This document shows, piece after piece, positions 51,966 through 62,195 of a DNA stretch of 64,000 bases; the stretch's first letter is position 1, and each line of letters begins with the position of its first letter. Origin of the DNA: an uncultured Xanthomonas sp. (GTDB lineage: Bacteria > Pseudomonadota > Gammaproteobacteria > Xanthomonadales > Xanthomonadaceae); NCBI GenBank assembly GCA_964523435.1, contig CAZGBA010000004.1, positions 28,589 to 92,588 on the forward strand, written 5' to 3'. The notes below the pieces were generated by a model, which was given only the letters and a program-made list of their open reading frames with translations, made no database searches and was not told the origin of the DNA. Made by a program: the position numbers and the translations under genes.

Positions 51966-53104
51966 GCGTGATCGGCAAGGACGCTGCCGCAACGCTCGAT
52001 ATCGCGCACGTGGTCGAGAATCTCGAGCGCGGCGGTCTGGAACGGATGGCGATCGACCTGGTCGGCGCCCAGCATGCGGTCGGGCATCGCTGCCGGGTCG
52101 CCTGTCTGTTCGAGCCTGGCGCGCTCGCGCATGAGCTCGAATCGCAGGGCATCGAAGTGCATGCCTGCCACAAACGCAGCGGTTTCGATGCCGGGGCGAT
52201 ATCCCGGCTGCGCGCATGGCTGCGTGCGGTTCCCGGCGCGGTCGTGCATACCCACAATGCCAACGCGCACTATCACACTGTCGCTGCAGGATTCGGGTTG
52301 CCGCTGGCGAAGATGGTCAACACCCGCCACGGCATGGGCGCGGCGCAGCCCGGAAGCCGCGGCGAGTGGCTGTACCGCCGGACCATGGCGCGCACGGATA
52401 TCGTCGCGGCGGTCTGCGAGGCGGCGCGCGCGCGTTTCGTGCAGCAGGGCGTCCGTCCACGGAAGCGACTGCTCGCGGTGCCCAACGGGATCCGCGTCGA
52501 GGCGTTTGCGTGCGCGTCCGGGGAGCGCCGTGCCGCATTGCGCAATGTGCTCGGTCTTGCGCCGGGCGTGCGCATCATCGGCACGGTCGGCCGGCTCAAT
52601 CCGGTCAAGGATCAGGCGACGCTGTTGCGGGCGTTCGCGCGCGTGCATGCGACATCCGCCGATACCGCGCTGGTCCTGGTCGGCGACGGCGCGTTGCGCG
52701 CGGCGCTGGAGGCGCAAAGCGCCGCGCTCGGTCTGGGCGATGCGGTGCGCTTCCTCGGCGATCGCAGCGATGTGCGCCAGCTGTTGCAGGGCTTCGACGC
52801 ATTCGTGCTGTCGTCGCTGAGCGAGGGCTATTCGATGGCGCTGCTGGAAGCCTGCGCCAGCGGCCTGCCGATCGTGGCCACGGACGTGGGCGGGAATCGA
52901 GAGATCGTCGCCGATGGTCGCAACGGTCTGATGGTCGCGCCCGCCGACGAAGCCGCGCTCGCCGAGGCCATGGCCGCGCTGCTGCGCGAACCCGCGCGTG
53001 CCGCGCAAATGGGGCAGGCCGGTCGCGACTGGGCGCTGCGCGAGGCGTCGATCGCGACCATGGCGGCACGTTACGACGCGCTGTACCGGGACGGCGGGCG
53101 ATGA
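51962..53104 (+). CDS. Glycosyltransferase family 4
   Basis: GGLE, VGRLNPVKD, SSLSEGYSMALLEA. Confidence 0.9.
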   Translation: MSVIGKDAAATLDIAHVVENLERGGLERMAIDLVGAQHAVGHRCRVACLFEPGALAHELESQGIEVHACHKRSGFDAGAISRLRAWLRAVPGAVVHTHNANAHYHTVAAGFGLPLAKMVNTRHGMGAAQPGSRGEWLYRRTMARTDIVAAVCEAARARFVQQGVRPRKRLLAVPNGIRVEAFACASGERRAALRNVLGLAPGVRIIGTVGRLNPVKDQATLLRAFARVHATSADTALVLVGDGALRAALEAQSAALGLGDAVRFLGDRSDVRQLLQGFDAFVLSSLSEGYSMALLEACASGLPIVATDVGGNREIVADGRNGLMVAPADEAALAEAMAALLREPARAAQMGQAGRDWALREASIATMAARYDALYRDGGR

Positions 53105-53186
53105 GTTCCGGCATCATTGCGCGCCCGTTCCGGCTCCCCCCAGGCCTCGGCCGTGGGCCGAATCCGTTCCCACCATCGCTGACGAT

Positions 53187-53825
53187 ATGAATCCCCGCCC
53201 CAGAAAACTCAAAGTGCTGCGCTGGCTGCCGAACCGCTGGGTGCTGACCCGCGGCGTCCGGCGCGGTCGCGTATTGCATCTCACCTTCGACGACGGCCCG
53301 CATCCGGAGCACACACCGGCGCTGCTCGACCTGCTCGCGGCGCATCGTGCGAAAGCAACGTTTTTCCTGATCGGTCGCGAGGCGGAGCGTTATCCAGAGG
53401 TGGTCGAACGCATCGTCCGCGAAGGCCATGCACTGGGCAACCATACCTGGAGTCATCCGCTGTTCGATCGGCTGGACCTGACCGCGCAGCGCGAGGAGAT
53501 CGATCGGACCGACCGGCTGCTCGCCGGTTTTGACGGCATCGCGAAGCACGATTTCCGGCCGCCGCGGGGCGTGCTGCCGCGACCGATGGTGCTGGACTGC
53601 GTCCGCCGCGGCCAGCGCATCGCGTATTGGTCCTATGACAGTCTCGATTACAGCAAGCGTCCGGCGGAGGCGCTGATAGCTTCGGCGCAGCGTTTTCCGC
53701 CGGAGTCCGGCGAGATCCTGCTGATGCACGACGACAGCGCGCTCTCGCTGCATCTGCTGCAGACGATGCTGCCGGTCTGGGCGGCGGACGGGTTCGCGTT
53801 CGAATCGTTGCGGCCATCGGCATGA
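53187..53825 (+). CDS. NodB-type polysaccharide deacetylase
   Basis: LTFDDGP, GNHTWSH, FRPPRG, LLMHD. Confidence 0.9.
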   Translation: MNPRPRKLKVLRWLPNRWVLTRGVRRGRVLHLTFDDGPHPEHTPALLDLLAAHRAKATFFLIGREAERYPEVVERIVREGHALGNHTWSHPLFDRLDLTAQREEIDRTDRLLAGFDGIAKHDFRPPRGVLPRPMVLDCVRRGQRIAYWSYDSLDYSKRPAEALIASAQRFPPESGEILLMHDDSALSLHLLQTMLPVWAADGFAFESLRPSA

Positions 53826-53922
53826 GCTTGCATCGCGATATGGCCTTCAGGGGGGATGGCATGGGCAAAGATCGAAATATCCGGAGTCGGTTCATCGACA
53901 GTCGAAGCTGCGGGGTGCGGGC

Positions 53923-55119
53923 ATGAGCGCGTTCATCGCCATCGCACTGTGTCTGGTGCTGTTTGCCGTTGCGGCAGTCGTCGTGGTCGTTCGCGACATG
54001 CGCAAACGCAACATGCACCTGTGGCTGGGCGACTATCTGTGTCGCCGCGTGCCCGAGGTGACCGACCGTCCCGTCCACGTGATGTTCTGCTTCGTCGATC
54101 ATTTCGAGCCGATGTGGAAAGGTGCCGACCTTGACACCCAGCGCCGTCGGGTCGACCGCTGGTGCAATGAGTACCGCGAACTCGCCTTGCGGCATCGCGA
54201 TGCCGATGGGCGTCCACCGCAGCACAGCTTCTTCTACCCGGAAGAAGAATATGCGGTGGAGCATCTCGACAAGATCGCGTCGCTGTGCGCCGATGGCTTC
54301 GGCGAGATCGAGGTGCATCTGCACCACGACAACGACACCGAGCAGAATTTCCGCACATCGATCGGACGCTTCTGCAAGACCCTGCACGAACAGCACGGCG
54401 CGCTGCCGCGCGACCCGGACACCGGGCAACTGCGGTTCGGCTTCATCCACGGCAACTGGTGTCTGGACAATTCGCGCGCCGACGGGCGCTGGTGCGGGAT
54501 CAACAACGAACTGATCCTGCTGCGCGAACTCGGCTGCTACGCCGATTTCACCCTGCCTTCGGCGCCCAGCGACACCCAGACCGCAGCCGTGAACAGCATC
54601 TACTACGCCACCGACGATCCGCTGGCGCCGAAATCGCACGACCACGGCAGCCCGGTGAAAGTGGGCGGTGGCGCCAGCGGCGATCTGATGATCGTGCAGG
54701 GGCCGCTTGCTTTGAACTGGCGCGAGCGTCGCATGGCGGTGATGCCGCGGATCGAGAACGCCGATGTGCGCAGGAATTGCCCGCCGACCGAGGCGCGCGT
54801 CGATCTGTGGGTGAAGACCGGCGTGCACGTCGAAGGGCGGCCGGAGTGGGTGTTCGTGAAGATCCATACCCACGGCACCCAGGAGCACGATATCGACACG
54901 CTGCTGGGCGCGCCGGTCGATGCGATGCACCGCTACCTCGAAAGCGCCTACAACGACGGTAAGCGCCACGTGCTGCACTACGTGACCGCACGCGAAACCT
55001 ACAACATCATCAAGGCCGCCGAAGCCGGTGAGCAGGGCGATCCCGGCCAATACCGCGACTATCTGCTGCCGGCGCCGCGTTCATCGTGGGTGGGCGGTCG
55101 CAAGGCGCGTACTGCATGA
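53923..55119 (+). CDS. Membrane-anchored conserved hypothetical protein of EPS locus, possible metal-dependent hydrolase
   Basis: N-terminal TM; DHFEP, EVHLHH, FIHGNW, KIHTHG motifs. Confidence 0.7.
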   Translation: MSAFIAIALCLVLFAVAAVVVVVRDMRKRNMHLWLGDYLCRRVPEVTDRPVHVMFCFVDHFEPMWKGADLDTQRRRVDRWCNEYRELALRHRDADGRPPQHSFFYPEEEYAVEHLDKIASLCADGFGEIEVHLHHDNDTEQNFRTSIGRFCKTLHEQHGALPRDPDTGQLRFGFIHGNWCLDNSRADGRWCGINNELILLRELGCYADFTLPSAPSDTQTAAVNSIYYATDDPLAPKSHDHGSPVKVGGGASGDLMIVQGPLALNWRERRMAVMPRIENADVRRNCPPTEARVDLWVKTGVHVEGRPEWVFVKIHTHGTQEHDIDTLLGAPVDAMHRYLESAYNDGKRHVLHYVTARETYNIIKAAEAGEQGDPGQYRDYLLPAPRSSWVGGRKARTA

Positions 55120-55901
55120 TTGTGGTCGATCCGGCGAATGTCGGAGTCATCTCCGGCACGGCGAAAGTCAGTGTCGTCATGCCGGCCTACAACGCCGCCG
55201 CCACGCTCCGCGCTTCGATGGACTCGGTGTTCGCGCAGACCCATGCCGCTGTCGAGCTGCTGGTGATCGACGATTGTTCGAAAGACGCGACGTGGGACCT
55301 GATCGAGGACGCCGCCGCGCGCGACTCCCGGGTCGTGCCGATCAAGCAGCCGAAGAACGGCGGCGTCGCTGCCGCGCGCAACGCCGGCATCGAGGCGGCG
55401 ACCGGCACCCACCTCGCGTTTCTCGACAGCGACGACCGCTGGCTGCCCGACAAGCTTGCGCTGCAGCTGGCGCACATGCGCGAGACCGGCACGATGATCG
55501 GCTACACCGGCTATCGCCGCTTCGACGAAAGCGGCCGTGAGCTGTCGGTCGTGCGCCCGCCGGCGGAAGTCGGCTATGCCGATATGCTCAAGAGCAACCG
55601 CATCGGCAATCTCACCGGCATGTACGACCGTGCGCTGGGCGATGGCCGCTTCGAGCGCATCGGTCACGAAGACTACGTGTTCTGGCTGGGCATGGTGCGA
55701 CGCGCAGGGATCGCGCGGCGGGTGCCGACGACCGAGCCGCTGGCCGAGTATCTGGTCCGCAGCGGCTCGCTGTCCGCCGACAAGCGCAAGGCGGCGCAGT
55801 GGCAGTGGAACATCTATCGCAACGTCGAAGGGCTCGGCCGGGTGCGCGCCGCGTGGTATTTCGCGCATTACGCCGCGATCGCGGTCATGAAGCGCCGGTA
55901 G
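55116..55901 (+). CDS. Glycosyltransferase family 2 (TuaG-like)
   Basis: VVMPAYN, IDDCSKD, AARN, FLDSDD, HEDY. Confidence 0.9.
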   Translation: MIVVDPANVGVISGTAKVSVVMPAYNAAATLRASMDSVFAQTHAAVELLVIDDCSKDATWDLIEDAAARDSRVVPIKQPKNGGVAAARNAGIEAATGTHLAFLDSDDRWLPDKLALQLAHMRETGTMIGYTGYRRFDESGRELSVVRPPAEVGYADMLKSNRIGNLTGMYDRALGDGRFERIGHEDYVFWLGMVRRAGIARRVPTTEPLAEYLVRSGSLSADKRKAAQWQWNIYRNVEGLGRVRAAWYFAHYAAIAVMKRR

Positions 55902-55984
55902 GCGTTTCCGACAGGCGATGCGAGATCGCCTGCTGGCGGGGCGAGCGCGAACAGGTCGCGACTCGCCCCCCGGTCATCAGAGAA

Positions 55985-57163
55985 TCAGAATTCCCGTACC
56001 TTGACCACGCGCGTCGTCCCCGGCACACCGTCGTTGTAATGCTCCACGCCGTAAAGCTGCAAGCCGCCGCTGCCGTTGACATAAATGCCTGCGCCGGCCT
56101 GGAAATCGCAGTACCGCGTATTCCCGGTATTGGACGTACTGCAGTACATGTGGCGGTTGGCGACCTTGGTGAAGGTCGGGACGTAGCTGGCGGTCAGATC
56201 GACACGCCACAGGTCCACCCAGTCGGTGCTGATGTTCTTGTGCGTTCCCGCGACGAACAGCTGGCCGTCGCATTGGGTGATGAGTTGCAGCCCCTGGTAA
56301 TTGCCGCTGCCGAAAGGCGTATTGGCGCTGGCCATCGAAATCCAGGTCGAAGCGCTGCCGTTATGGCCGGGCAGACTCGTGGAAGAAGACACGAAGACTT
56401 CGACATCGTCCGAATTGTTGCCGAACACCATCGCCAGAAAGTTTCCGTTGGACAGGCGGGTCATTCCCGCTGCGCCGGCATTCGTGGTCTGGCTGCGTTG
56501 GCGCATCACCATCGGACTCCATGATGGCGTGGCCGGAACCGACAGCTGCGCGGTGCGGAAGCCGGCGCCGACGCTGTCGTTGCTGCTTTCGAGCGGCACG
56601 ATCGCGTACTCGCCGCTGACATGGAAGCCGCCCGCATGATCGCGCGTCGAGTCGTCCGCGTGGTACCGGGTCACGGCATCGGCGCAAGAGGGATATTGCA
56701 GTGGAGTGACGTTGCCGCCGAGCAGGCCGGTGGTGCCGGTGCGCGACCCGAGCCGGATCACCTCGAATCCCGGGTGGATGCCGCTGTTGGTCGACATGGT
56801 GACCAGCAGGTAGTTCTGTCCATCTCGGGTCAGACGCTGGATGCCCTGTCGATGGATCATCCCGTTGCCGGTGGTCGGGGCGTAGCTGCTGCAGCTGTCG
56901 GCGCCGCTGCGATAGGCCATCACGTAGTTCGGATTCGTCGGCAGCGTGGCGATGCTGTTGGTCGCATTGATGGCGCACCGATTGACGTATGGATCCGTCG
57001 TGCTGCCGGTGACCCAGCCGAGATGGGCGGTGGCGGCGCTGGAGATGCCGGACACGCCCAGCAGCGCCGGCAAACACAACAACGAAAGCGCAAGCGCAGT
57101 GCGATGCCGATGGGCGATTGTCGTCTGTGCGGCAGCAGTCTTGTTCGCGGAAGAAATGTTCAT
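55985..57163 (-). CDS. Secreted hypothetical protein
   Basis: Signal peptide; Ser/Thr/Gly/Asn-rich with several Cys; opposite strand to the EPS run. Confidence 0.75.
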   Translation of the reverse strand: MNISSANKTAAAQTTIAHRHRTALALSLLCLPALLGVSGISSAATAHLGWVTGSTTDPYVNRCAINATNSIATLPTNPNYVMAYRSGADSCSSYAPTTGNGMIHRQGIQRLTRDGQNYLLVTMSTNSGIHPGFEVIRLGSRTGTTGLLGGNVTPLQYPSCADAVTRYHADDSTRDHAGGFHVSGEYAIVPLESSNDSVGAGFRTAQLSVPATPSWSPMVMRQRSQTTNAGAAGMTRLSNGNFLAMVFGNNSDDVEVFVSSSTSLPGHNGSASTWISMASANTPFGSGNYQGLQLITQCDGQLFVAGTHKNISTDWVDLWRVDLTASYVPTFTKVANRHMYCSTSNTGNTRYCDFQAGAGIYVNGSGGLQLYGVEHYNDGVPGTTRVVKVREF

Positions 57164-57438
57164 TCCATTGTCCTTGTGAGCGAGTGTCGGTTCGAGGCGC
57201 GTCGGTTGAAGACGGGCAATCGGCGGCATTGCCGATATCGAGTCTAACGGCGTGCTCACAGCACGGCGTTAAAAACCCGATATCGCCGTGCTTTCCGGCG
57301 TCGCAGACCAGCGTGTCGGCTTTCATCGCGCCGCGATGTCGTCCGGACCGAGAGCTCATCATGGCTCGGCCGACTCCCTTTTCCCCGTGCCTTGCACGGG
57401 GAAAAGGACAGCATGCAGCGTGGTGTGCCGCGCTCATC

Positions 57439-57506
57439 ACAAGCCCTCGCTGCAGCTCGCGCACATGCGCGACACCGGCACGATGATCGGCTACAGCGGC
57501 GATCGC
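57439..57506 (+). pseudogene. 68-bp relic copy of an internal part of the GT2 gene (55450-55517)
   Basis: 61/68 identity by manual alignment; encodes LQLAHMRDTGTMIGY vs LQLAHMRETGTMIGY. Confidence 0.8.
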
Positions 57507-57552
57507 GGTAGGCAAGCGCAGGTAGAACCCACGCTGCCCGACGCGCCTGGCC

Positions 57553-58077
57553 TCATTCGGACATGCTGGTTTCCACGATGACATTCTGCGTCATCACGCC
57601 CGGATTGCCGGTGATCGCTGCCGCAGCGAGATACAGCAGTTTGCCGACGATGGTGCCCGGGCCGTCCCAGTATTCGGCACGCTCGATCTCGACCCGGATC
57701 AGGACCAGATTCGGATCGTCCTTGCCTGCAGGAAAGAACAGCGACATCGCCGGCGACCACAGCGTGTCGATCTTCTGCTCGTCGCGCAGCAGACGTGCGG
57801 GCCCGGAGATCGAGACAAAACTGTTGTCGCGTCGATCGGCATAACCGAGGCCGATATGCGGGTGGGTCTTGATCTCCTGCGCCTTCTCGCTGGTCGAGTC
57901 GGTGGCGAACCACAGCACATTGTCCTCGTCGAAATCGAGCGTTTGCAGCGGGCGCGAAATCAGCGTGCCGTCGGGCGTGGAGGTGGTCAGCATCGCGATC
58001 TGCACGTCCTTGACGAGTTTGCGAAGCGTGTCGAGTTGGTCCTGCCTGGTGGAGTCCTGCGGGTCTGTGTCGTTCAT
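57553..58077 (-). CDS. Pyridoxamine-phosphate-oxidase-like / general stress protein 26
   Basis: IAMLTT, SRPL, LWFAT, VSISG, AEYWD. Confidence 0.85.
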   Translation of the reverse strand: MNDTDPQDSTRQDQLDTLRKLVKDVQIAMLTTSTPDGTLISRPLQTLDFDEDNVLWFATDSTSEKAQEIKTHPHIGLGYADRRDNSFVSISGPARLLRDEQKIDTLWSPAMSLFFPAGKDDPNLVLIRVEIERAEYWDGPGTIVGKLLYLAAAAITGNPGVMTQNVIVETSMSE

Positions 58078-58197
58078 GGCGCTGCCTGATCGAAGATGAG
58101 TGCCTCAGTCTATGGGCGCATACCGGTACCGGTAGAGAAGTGCGGCCGGATTGGGGACAGGTGTTCCGGAGCCCGTCAGATTGGCGCAGGCGACATG

Positions 58198-58227
58198 CAA
58201 AAAGCCCGGGAATCCCCGGGCTTTTTG
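58198..58227. terminator. Rho-independent terminator
   Basis: caaaaagcccggg-aatc-cccgggctttttg. Confidence 0.8.
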
Positions 58228-58255
58228 GCGTTTCGCACGACTGCGATCGACGCTG

Positions 58256-60178
58256 TTACGGCACTTCGCTCAACTCCACCAGATAGGTGGTGGCGCCGCC
58301 GCCGATATCGATCCGCCAGCCCTTGTAGAACTCGGTGGTATCGACCGGATTCCAGTTCTTCAGGGTGATGGTGGCGCCTGCCGGCTCCAATACCCGCACC
58401 TTCAGTTTGCCGGCGGTGACGGTGGTGCCGCTGACCACGGGCTGTACCGGCACCTGGACCTGGAAGAACGCGGTGGTGCCTGCCGCCAGCGTGAAATTGT
58501 CGCGGACGGTGAGTTTGCGCGATGCGAAGTCGAGGCGACGGGTCCATGCGCTGAGCGCGGGGTTGTTGCCGTAGGCGGGTTTGAGGTTGGAGACGACGGT
58601 CAACGCGCCATTCGCACCGGGAGTGACGGTCATCGTCGAGGTGGTGTCGGCGCACTGGTGGACGATGCGGTCGTTGGAGGGGCTGGCGCACTGCGCGACG
58701 CTGGGGTTGCTGCGTTCGAAGCGCATCGTGTTGTGGACTTCGGTGCCCTGCTGGATGCCGCTGTGGGTCCAGATGTTTTCGGTCACCGCCAGCCAGTCGT
58801 TCGCGAACAGAGTGAACGCGCCCTGGTCCTGATGCGCATGGCTTTCGTTGTACGGACCCGCGACATAGGTCATCCACATCGCGGCGCGATCCCAGCCGGT
58901 GCGCGCGAACAGATGGCCGGTGCCGGTGCCGTGGTAATACAGCTCCGCCGGCGCGGCGCCATTGGTGCCCGGCGGCAGCATGTCGTAGCGGAAGTTCAGC
59001 CCTTGCCCCATCTGCTGCACGGAGATGTTGTTGAGCCACCAGCTGGCGATCCGCTGCGCGGTCGCGTCCTTGGTGAGATGGCGGGCTTCCAGTACGAGTC
59101 TGCGGTGATAGTCGTAGATCTCCGGCACCGACACGCGCGACTGGTCGCCCAGCGGCGCGAAGCGGTCGAGGGTCGGCACGGTCGCATGCGTCCACCACTT
59201 GATGGTGTTGGTCGCATGGGTGTTGGCGTTGGCCAGATCGATACCGGTCGCGTCACGCCACAGGCTGTAGAGATTGAACAGGCGCATCTGCGCGGTGCCG
59301 TAGCCGGTGCCTTCCTGACTGCCGCCGGACGGGATCGCGCGGTAATAGGCTTCGAGTTTCGGCAGCTTGTCGCTCTGCAGGAAACTCATCCAGGTCGCGC
59401 TGCGCGACGCCAGCGCCCACGACATGGTCGCTTCCAGGAAGCTGTAGTGATAGTTGTTGCCCGGATTGTCGACCGACCAGCCGCTCCACGGCGCGGCACG
59501 GGTGCCCCAGCGCGCGTTCTGGTGGTTCCAGACATTCCAGATGGCCTGTTCGGCGTAGGCCGCCCAGCGCTGGCGCTGGTTCGCGGTGAGCCGGATGTTG
59601 CAGGTGTCGTAGGTCATCGCGACATCGCCGATCATCGGCCCGACGTCGAGATACGAGTCGCCGGCCACGACCGGGTTCTGGCCCGAGGCGATTGCGGCTT
59701 CCGCCTGCGAGACCTGCTGGTCGACCATGCCGATGGCATGGGTGCAGTACTTCACATCGCGGGTGATGCGGAACATCAGCGCGGAGTCGCGCGCCTCGTA
59801 GGCGTAGCCGGGGTTGCCGTTGACGGCGTTGTCCACCCACGTGCGGAAGCGCGTGTAAGCGGTGCGCGAGGTGTCGACGTAGGTGAGATTCATTGGAATC
59901 TCCGACGCCTGTGCGGCGGTCGAGCCGGCGGTCGAGCGGACGCGATTGGCGACCTGTGCGCGGCGCGGCGCCTGCGTTCGGGCGATGTCGGCCACTGAAC
60001 CGCGATCGCTCTCGAAGAGGCGCGAGCGGACTTCACGCATCAGTTTGGCGGGACCGGCGAGGGCGATGCCGGTGGTCGCGACAACGCCGAGGACGATCAG
60101 GCCCCGGGCGAATCTCTGGCGGTTGGCGGGTGCTGTCGGCGATGAAGCCGGACGGGTGTTGCGGTACGACTGGGGCAT
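58256..60178 (-). CDS. Heparinase II/III-like protein, paralog 2
   Basis: NNYHYSF, EGTGYG, FARTGW, SHAHQDQGAF; N-terminal hydrophobic segment. Confidence 0.7.
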   Translation of the reverse strand: MPQSYRNTRPASSPTAPANRQRFARGLIVLGVVATTGIALAGPAKLMREVRSRLFESDRGSVADIARTQAPRRAQVANRVRSTAGSTAAQASEIPMNLTYVDTSRTAYTRFRTWVDNAVNGNPGYAYEARDSALMFRITRDVKYCTHAIGMVDQQVSQAEAAIASGQNPVVAGDSYLDVGPMIGDVAMTYDTCNIRLTANQRQRWAAYAEQAIWNVWNHQNARWGTRAAPWSGWSVDNPGNNYHYSFLEATMSWALASRSATWMSFLQSDKLPKLEAYYRAIPSGGSQEGTGYGTAQMRLFNLYSLWRDATGIDLANANTHATNTIKWWTHATVPTLDRFAPLGDQSRVSVPEIYDYHRRLVLEARHLTKDATAQRIASWWLNNISVQQMGQGLNFRYDMLPPGTNGAAPAELYYHGTGTGHLFARTGWDRAAMWMTYVAGPYNESHAHQDQGAFTLFANDWLAVTENIWTHSGIQQGTEVHNTMRFERSNPSVAQCASPSNDRIVHQCADTTSTMTVTPGANGALTVVSNLKPAYGNNPALSAWTRRLDFASRKLTVRDNFTLAAGTTAFFQVQVPVQPVVSGTTVTAGKLKVRVLEPAGATITLKNWNPVDTTEFYKGWRIDIGGGATTYLVELSEVP

Positions 60179-60409
60179 ATGTCTAAGGCTCTGCGTTCGC
60201 GTCCGTGCGATATTTCGGTCGGTCGCGCCCCCTGATGCACCTCGTCCGGACTTGGGTGCAGCGCGTCGTACGTGGCAGCCCAAAACTGAATGGGCGACCC
60301 GAGGCGCAGTATGGTGTCGGCGATGGGGGGGAAGTGTGACCGGCCGGGCTCTTGGGTCGGTCATCGAAGCAAAGTGTGAACGCCGTCGTGCATGCAAGTC
60401 AGCAAGCGT

Positions 60410-62191
60410 TCAGTTTGAGAGCGCGTCGAGCTCCACGATGTAAGTGTCTGTTCCACCGGCAATATCCAGCCGCCAGCCGCTGTTGAATTCAGTGTTGTCG
60501 ACGCCGCGCCAGTCGAGCTTGGTGAGTCTGGCATCCGCCGGGGCGATCACCCGGACCCGCAGCCGGCCGGCGATGGCGGTCTGGCCGTCGATCCGGGGCT
60601 CGACCGGCAGGTTGAGCTGGAAGACGGCCCGATGGCCCGGGTCGATCGCGAACCGGTCCTCCACCCGCAGCGTGCGTCCGGCGAAATCCAGTGCGCGGGT
60701 CCAGCGACGCACCGGCGCCTCGCCGTCATAGGCGCCGGTGAGGTCGGCATCGACGCGCAGGGCCCCGTCGGCGCCGGGCGTGACCGTCATCCGCGAAGCG
60801 CCGGGCTGATGCTGTTGGATCACCTGTCGATCGGCCGTATCGCGCTCGAAGCGGAGCACATTGTGGGTTTCGGTGCCCTGCTGGATGCCGCTGTGGGTCC
60901 AGATGTTCTCGGTCACGGTCAGCCAGTCGCGCGCGAACAGGGTGAAGCCGCCCTGTTCCTGGTGCGCATGGCTTTCGTTGTAAGGGCCAGCGACGAACGC
61001 CAGCCACATCGCGTCCCTGTCCCATCCGCTGCGCGCAAACAGATGGCCGGCGCCCTCGGCGCGATGGAACAGCGTATTCGGCGCTGGCGCATCGGCATCG
61101 CCTGCAGGCAGCAGATCGTGCAGCGTGTTGAAGCCGTTGCTCATCTTCGGGATCGAGATGCGATGCAGCCACCACGATGCCAGCGCCTGCGAATCCGGAT
61201 CTTTGCTCAGCGCGCGCGCTTCCAGCACCAGACGGCGGTGGTAGTCGTAGAGCTCCGGCACCGACACGCGCGACTGGTCGCCGATCGGCGCGAAGCGGTC
61301 CATCGTCGGAACCGTCGCATGCACCCAATACGCGATGCTGTCGTCCGCATGCGGGTTGGCGTTGGCGATATCGTCGCCGGTAGCGTCCCGCCACAAGCGG
61401 TACAGCGCGAACAGCCGCATGTGCGCGGCGCCGTAACCGGTGCCTTCGAGGCTGCCGCCGCCGGGCAGCGTCGCGAAATACGCCTTCAGCGGCTGGATCT
61501 TTTCTTCGTGCAGGAAACGCATCCAGTCGTTGTTGCCGCTGGCCAGCGCCCAGTACAGCGTCGCTTCGACGAAGCTGTAGTGATAGTTGTTGCCGGGATT
61601 GTCCACCGACCAGCCGGTCCATGGACGCGGGCGTGCGCCCCAGTGCGCGCGCAGGGCGTGCCAGACATTCCACACCGCCTGTTCGGCGTGGACCGACCAG
61701 CGCCCGCGCTGCGCGTCGTCGATCTGTGCTTTGCAGGTGTCGAGCGTCATCGACAGCGCGGCGATCCGCGGCCCGACGTCGAGATACGAATCGCCGGCGA
61801 TCTCCGGCGCGCGCCCTTCGGCGATCGCGGCTTCGGCGTCCGCGACTTCGCGCTCGGTCATCGCCACCGCGAGATCGCAGTACTTTTTCTGCGGATCGAG
61901 CCGGTACAGCACTGCGGCGTCGTAGGCGGAAAAGGCGTAACCGGGTTCGCCCGCGACCGCGTTGTCGACCCAGCGCCGGAAGCGTGCGAAAGCCGGCGAT
62001 GTGCGGTCGACGTATCCCAGATCGAGCGGAATGCCCGGCGCGATCCGTGCCAGCGGCGTGCGCGCTGCGACTGCGGTGCCGGTGCTTTCGACATCGGCCG
62101 CCGATGCGTGGGCGGACGATTCTTGGCCGCACGCCGCGAGCATGGTCGACCACAGACAGACGACGATCGCACGCGCGATGTTGGCGCTCAT
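60410..62191 (-). CDS. Heparinase II/III-like lipoprotein, paralog 1
   Basis: Lipobox LAAC; NNYHYSF, EGTGYG, FARSGW, SHAHQEQGGF. Confidence 0.7.
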   Translation of the reverse strand: MSANIARAIVVCLWSTMLAACGQESSAHASAADVESTGTAVAARTPLARIAPGIPLDLGYVDRTSPAFARFRRWVDNAVAGEPGYAFSAYDAAVLYRLDPQKKYCDLAVAMTEREVADAEAAIAEGRAPEIAGDSYLDVGPRIAALSMTLDTCKAQIDDAQRGRWSVHAEQAVWNVWHALRAHWGARPRPWTGWSVDNPGNNYHYSFVEATLYWALASGNNDWMRFLHEEKIQPLKAYFATLPGGGSLEGTGYGAAHMRLFALYRLWRDATGDDIANANPHADDSIAYWVHATVPTMDRFAPIGDQSRVSVPELYDYHRRLVLEARALSKDPDSQALASWWLHRISIPKMSNGFNTLHDLLPAGDADAPAPNTLFHRAEGAGHLFARSGWDRDAMWLAFVAGPYNESHAHQEQGGFTLFARDWLTVTENIWTHSGIQQGTETHNVLRFERDTADRQVIQQHQPGASRMTVTPGADGALRVDADLTGAYDGEAPVRRWTRALDFAGRTLRVEDRFAIDPGHRAVFQLNLPVEPRIDGQTAIAGRLRVRVIAPADARLTKLDWRGVDNTEFNSGWRLDIAGGTDTYIVELDALSN

Positions 62192-62195
62192 GGGC

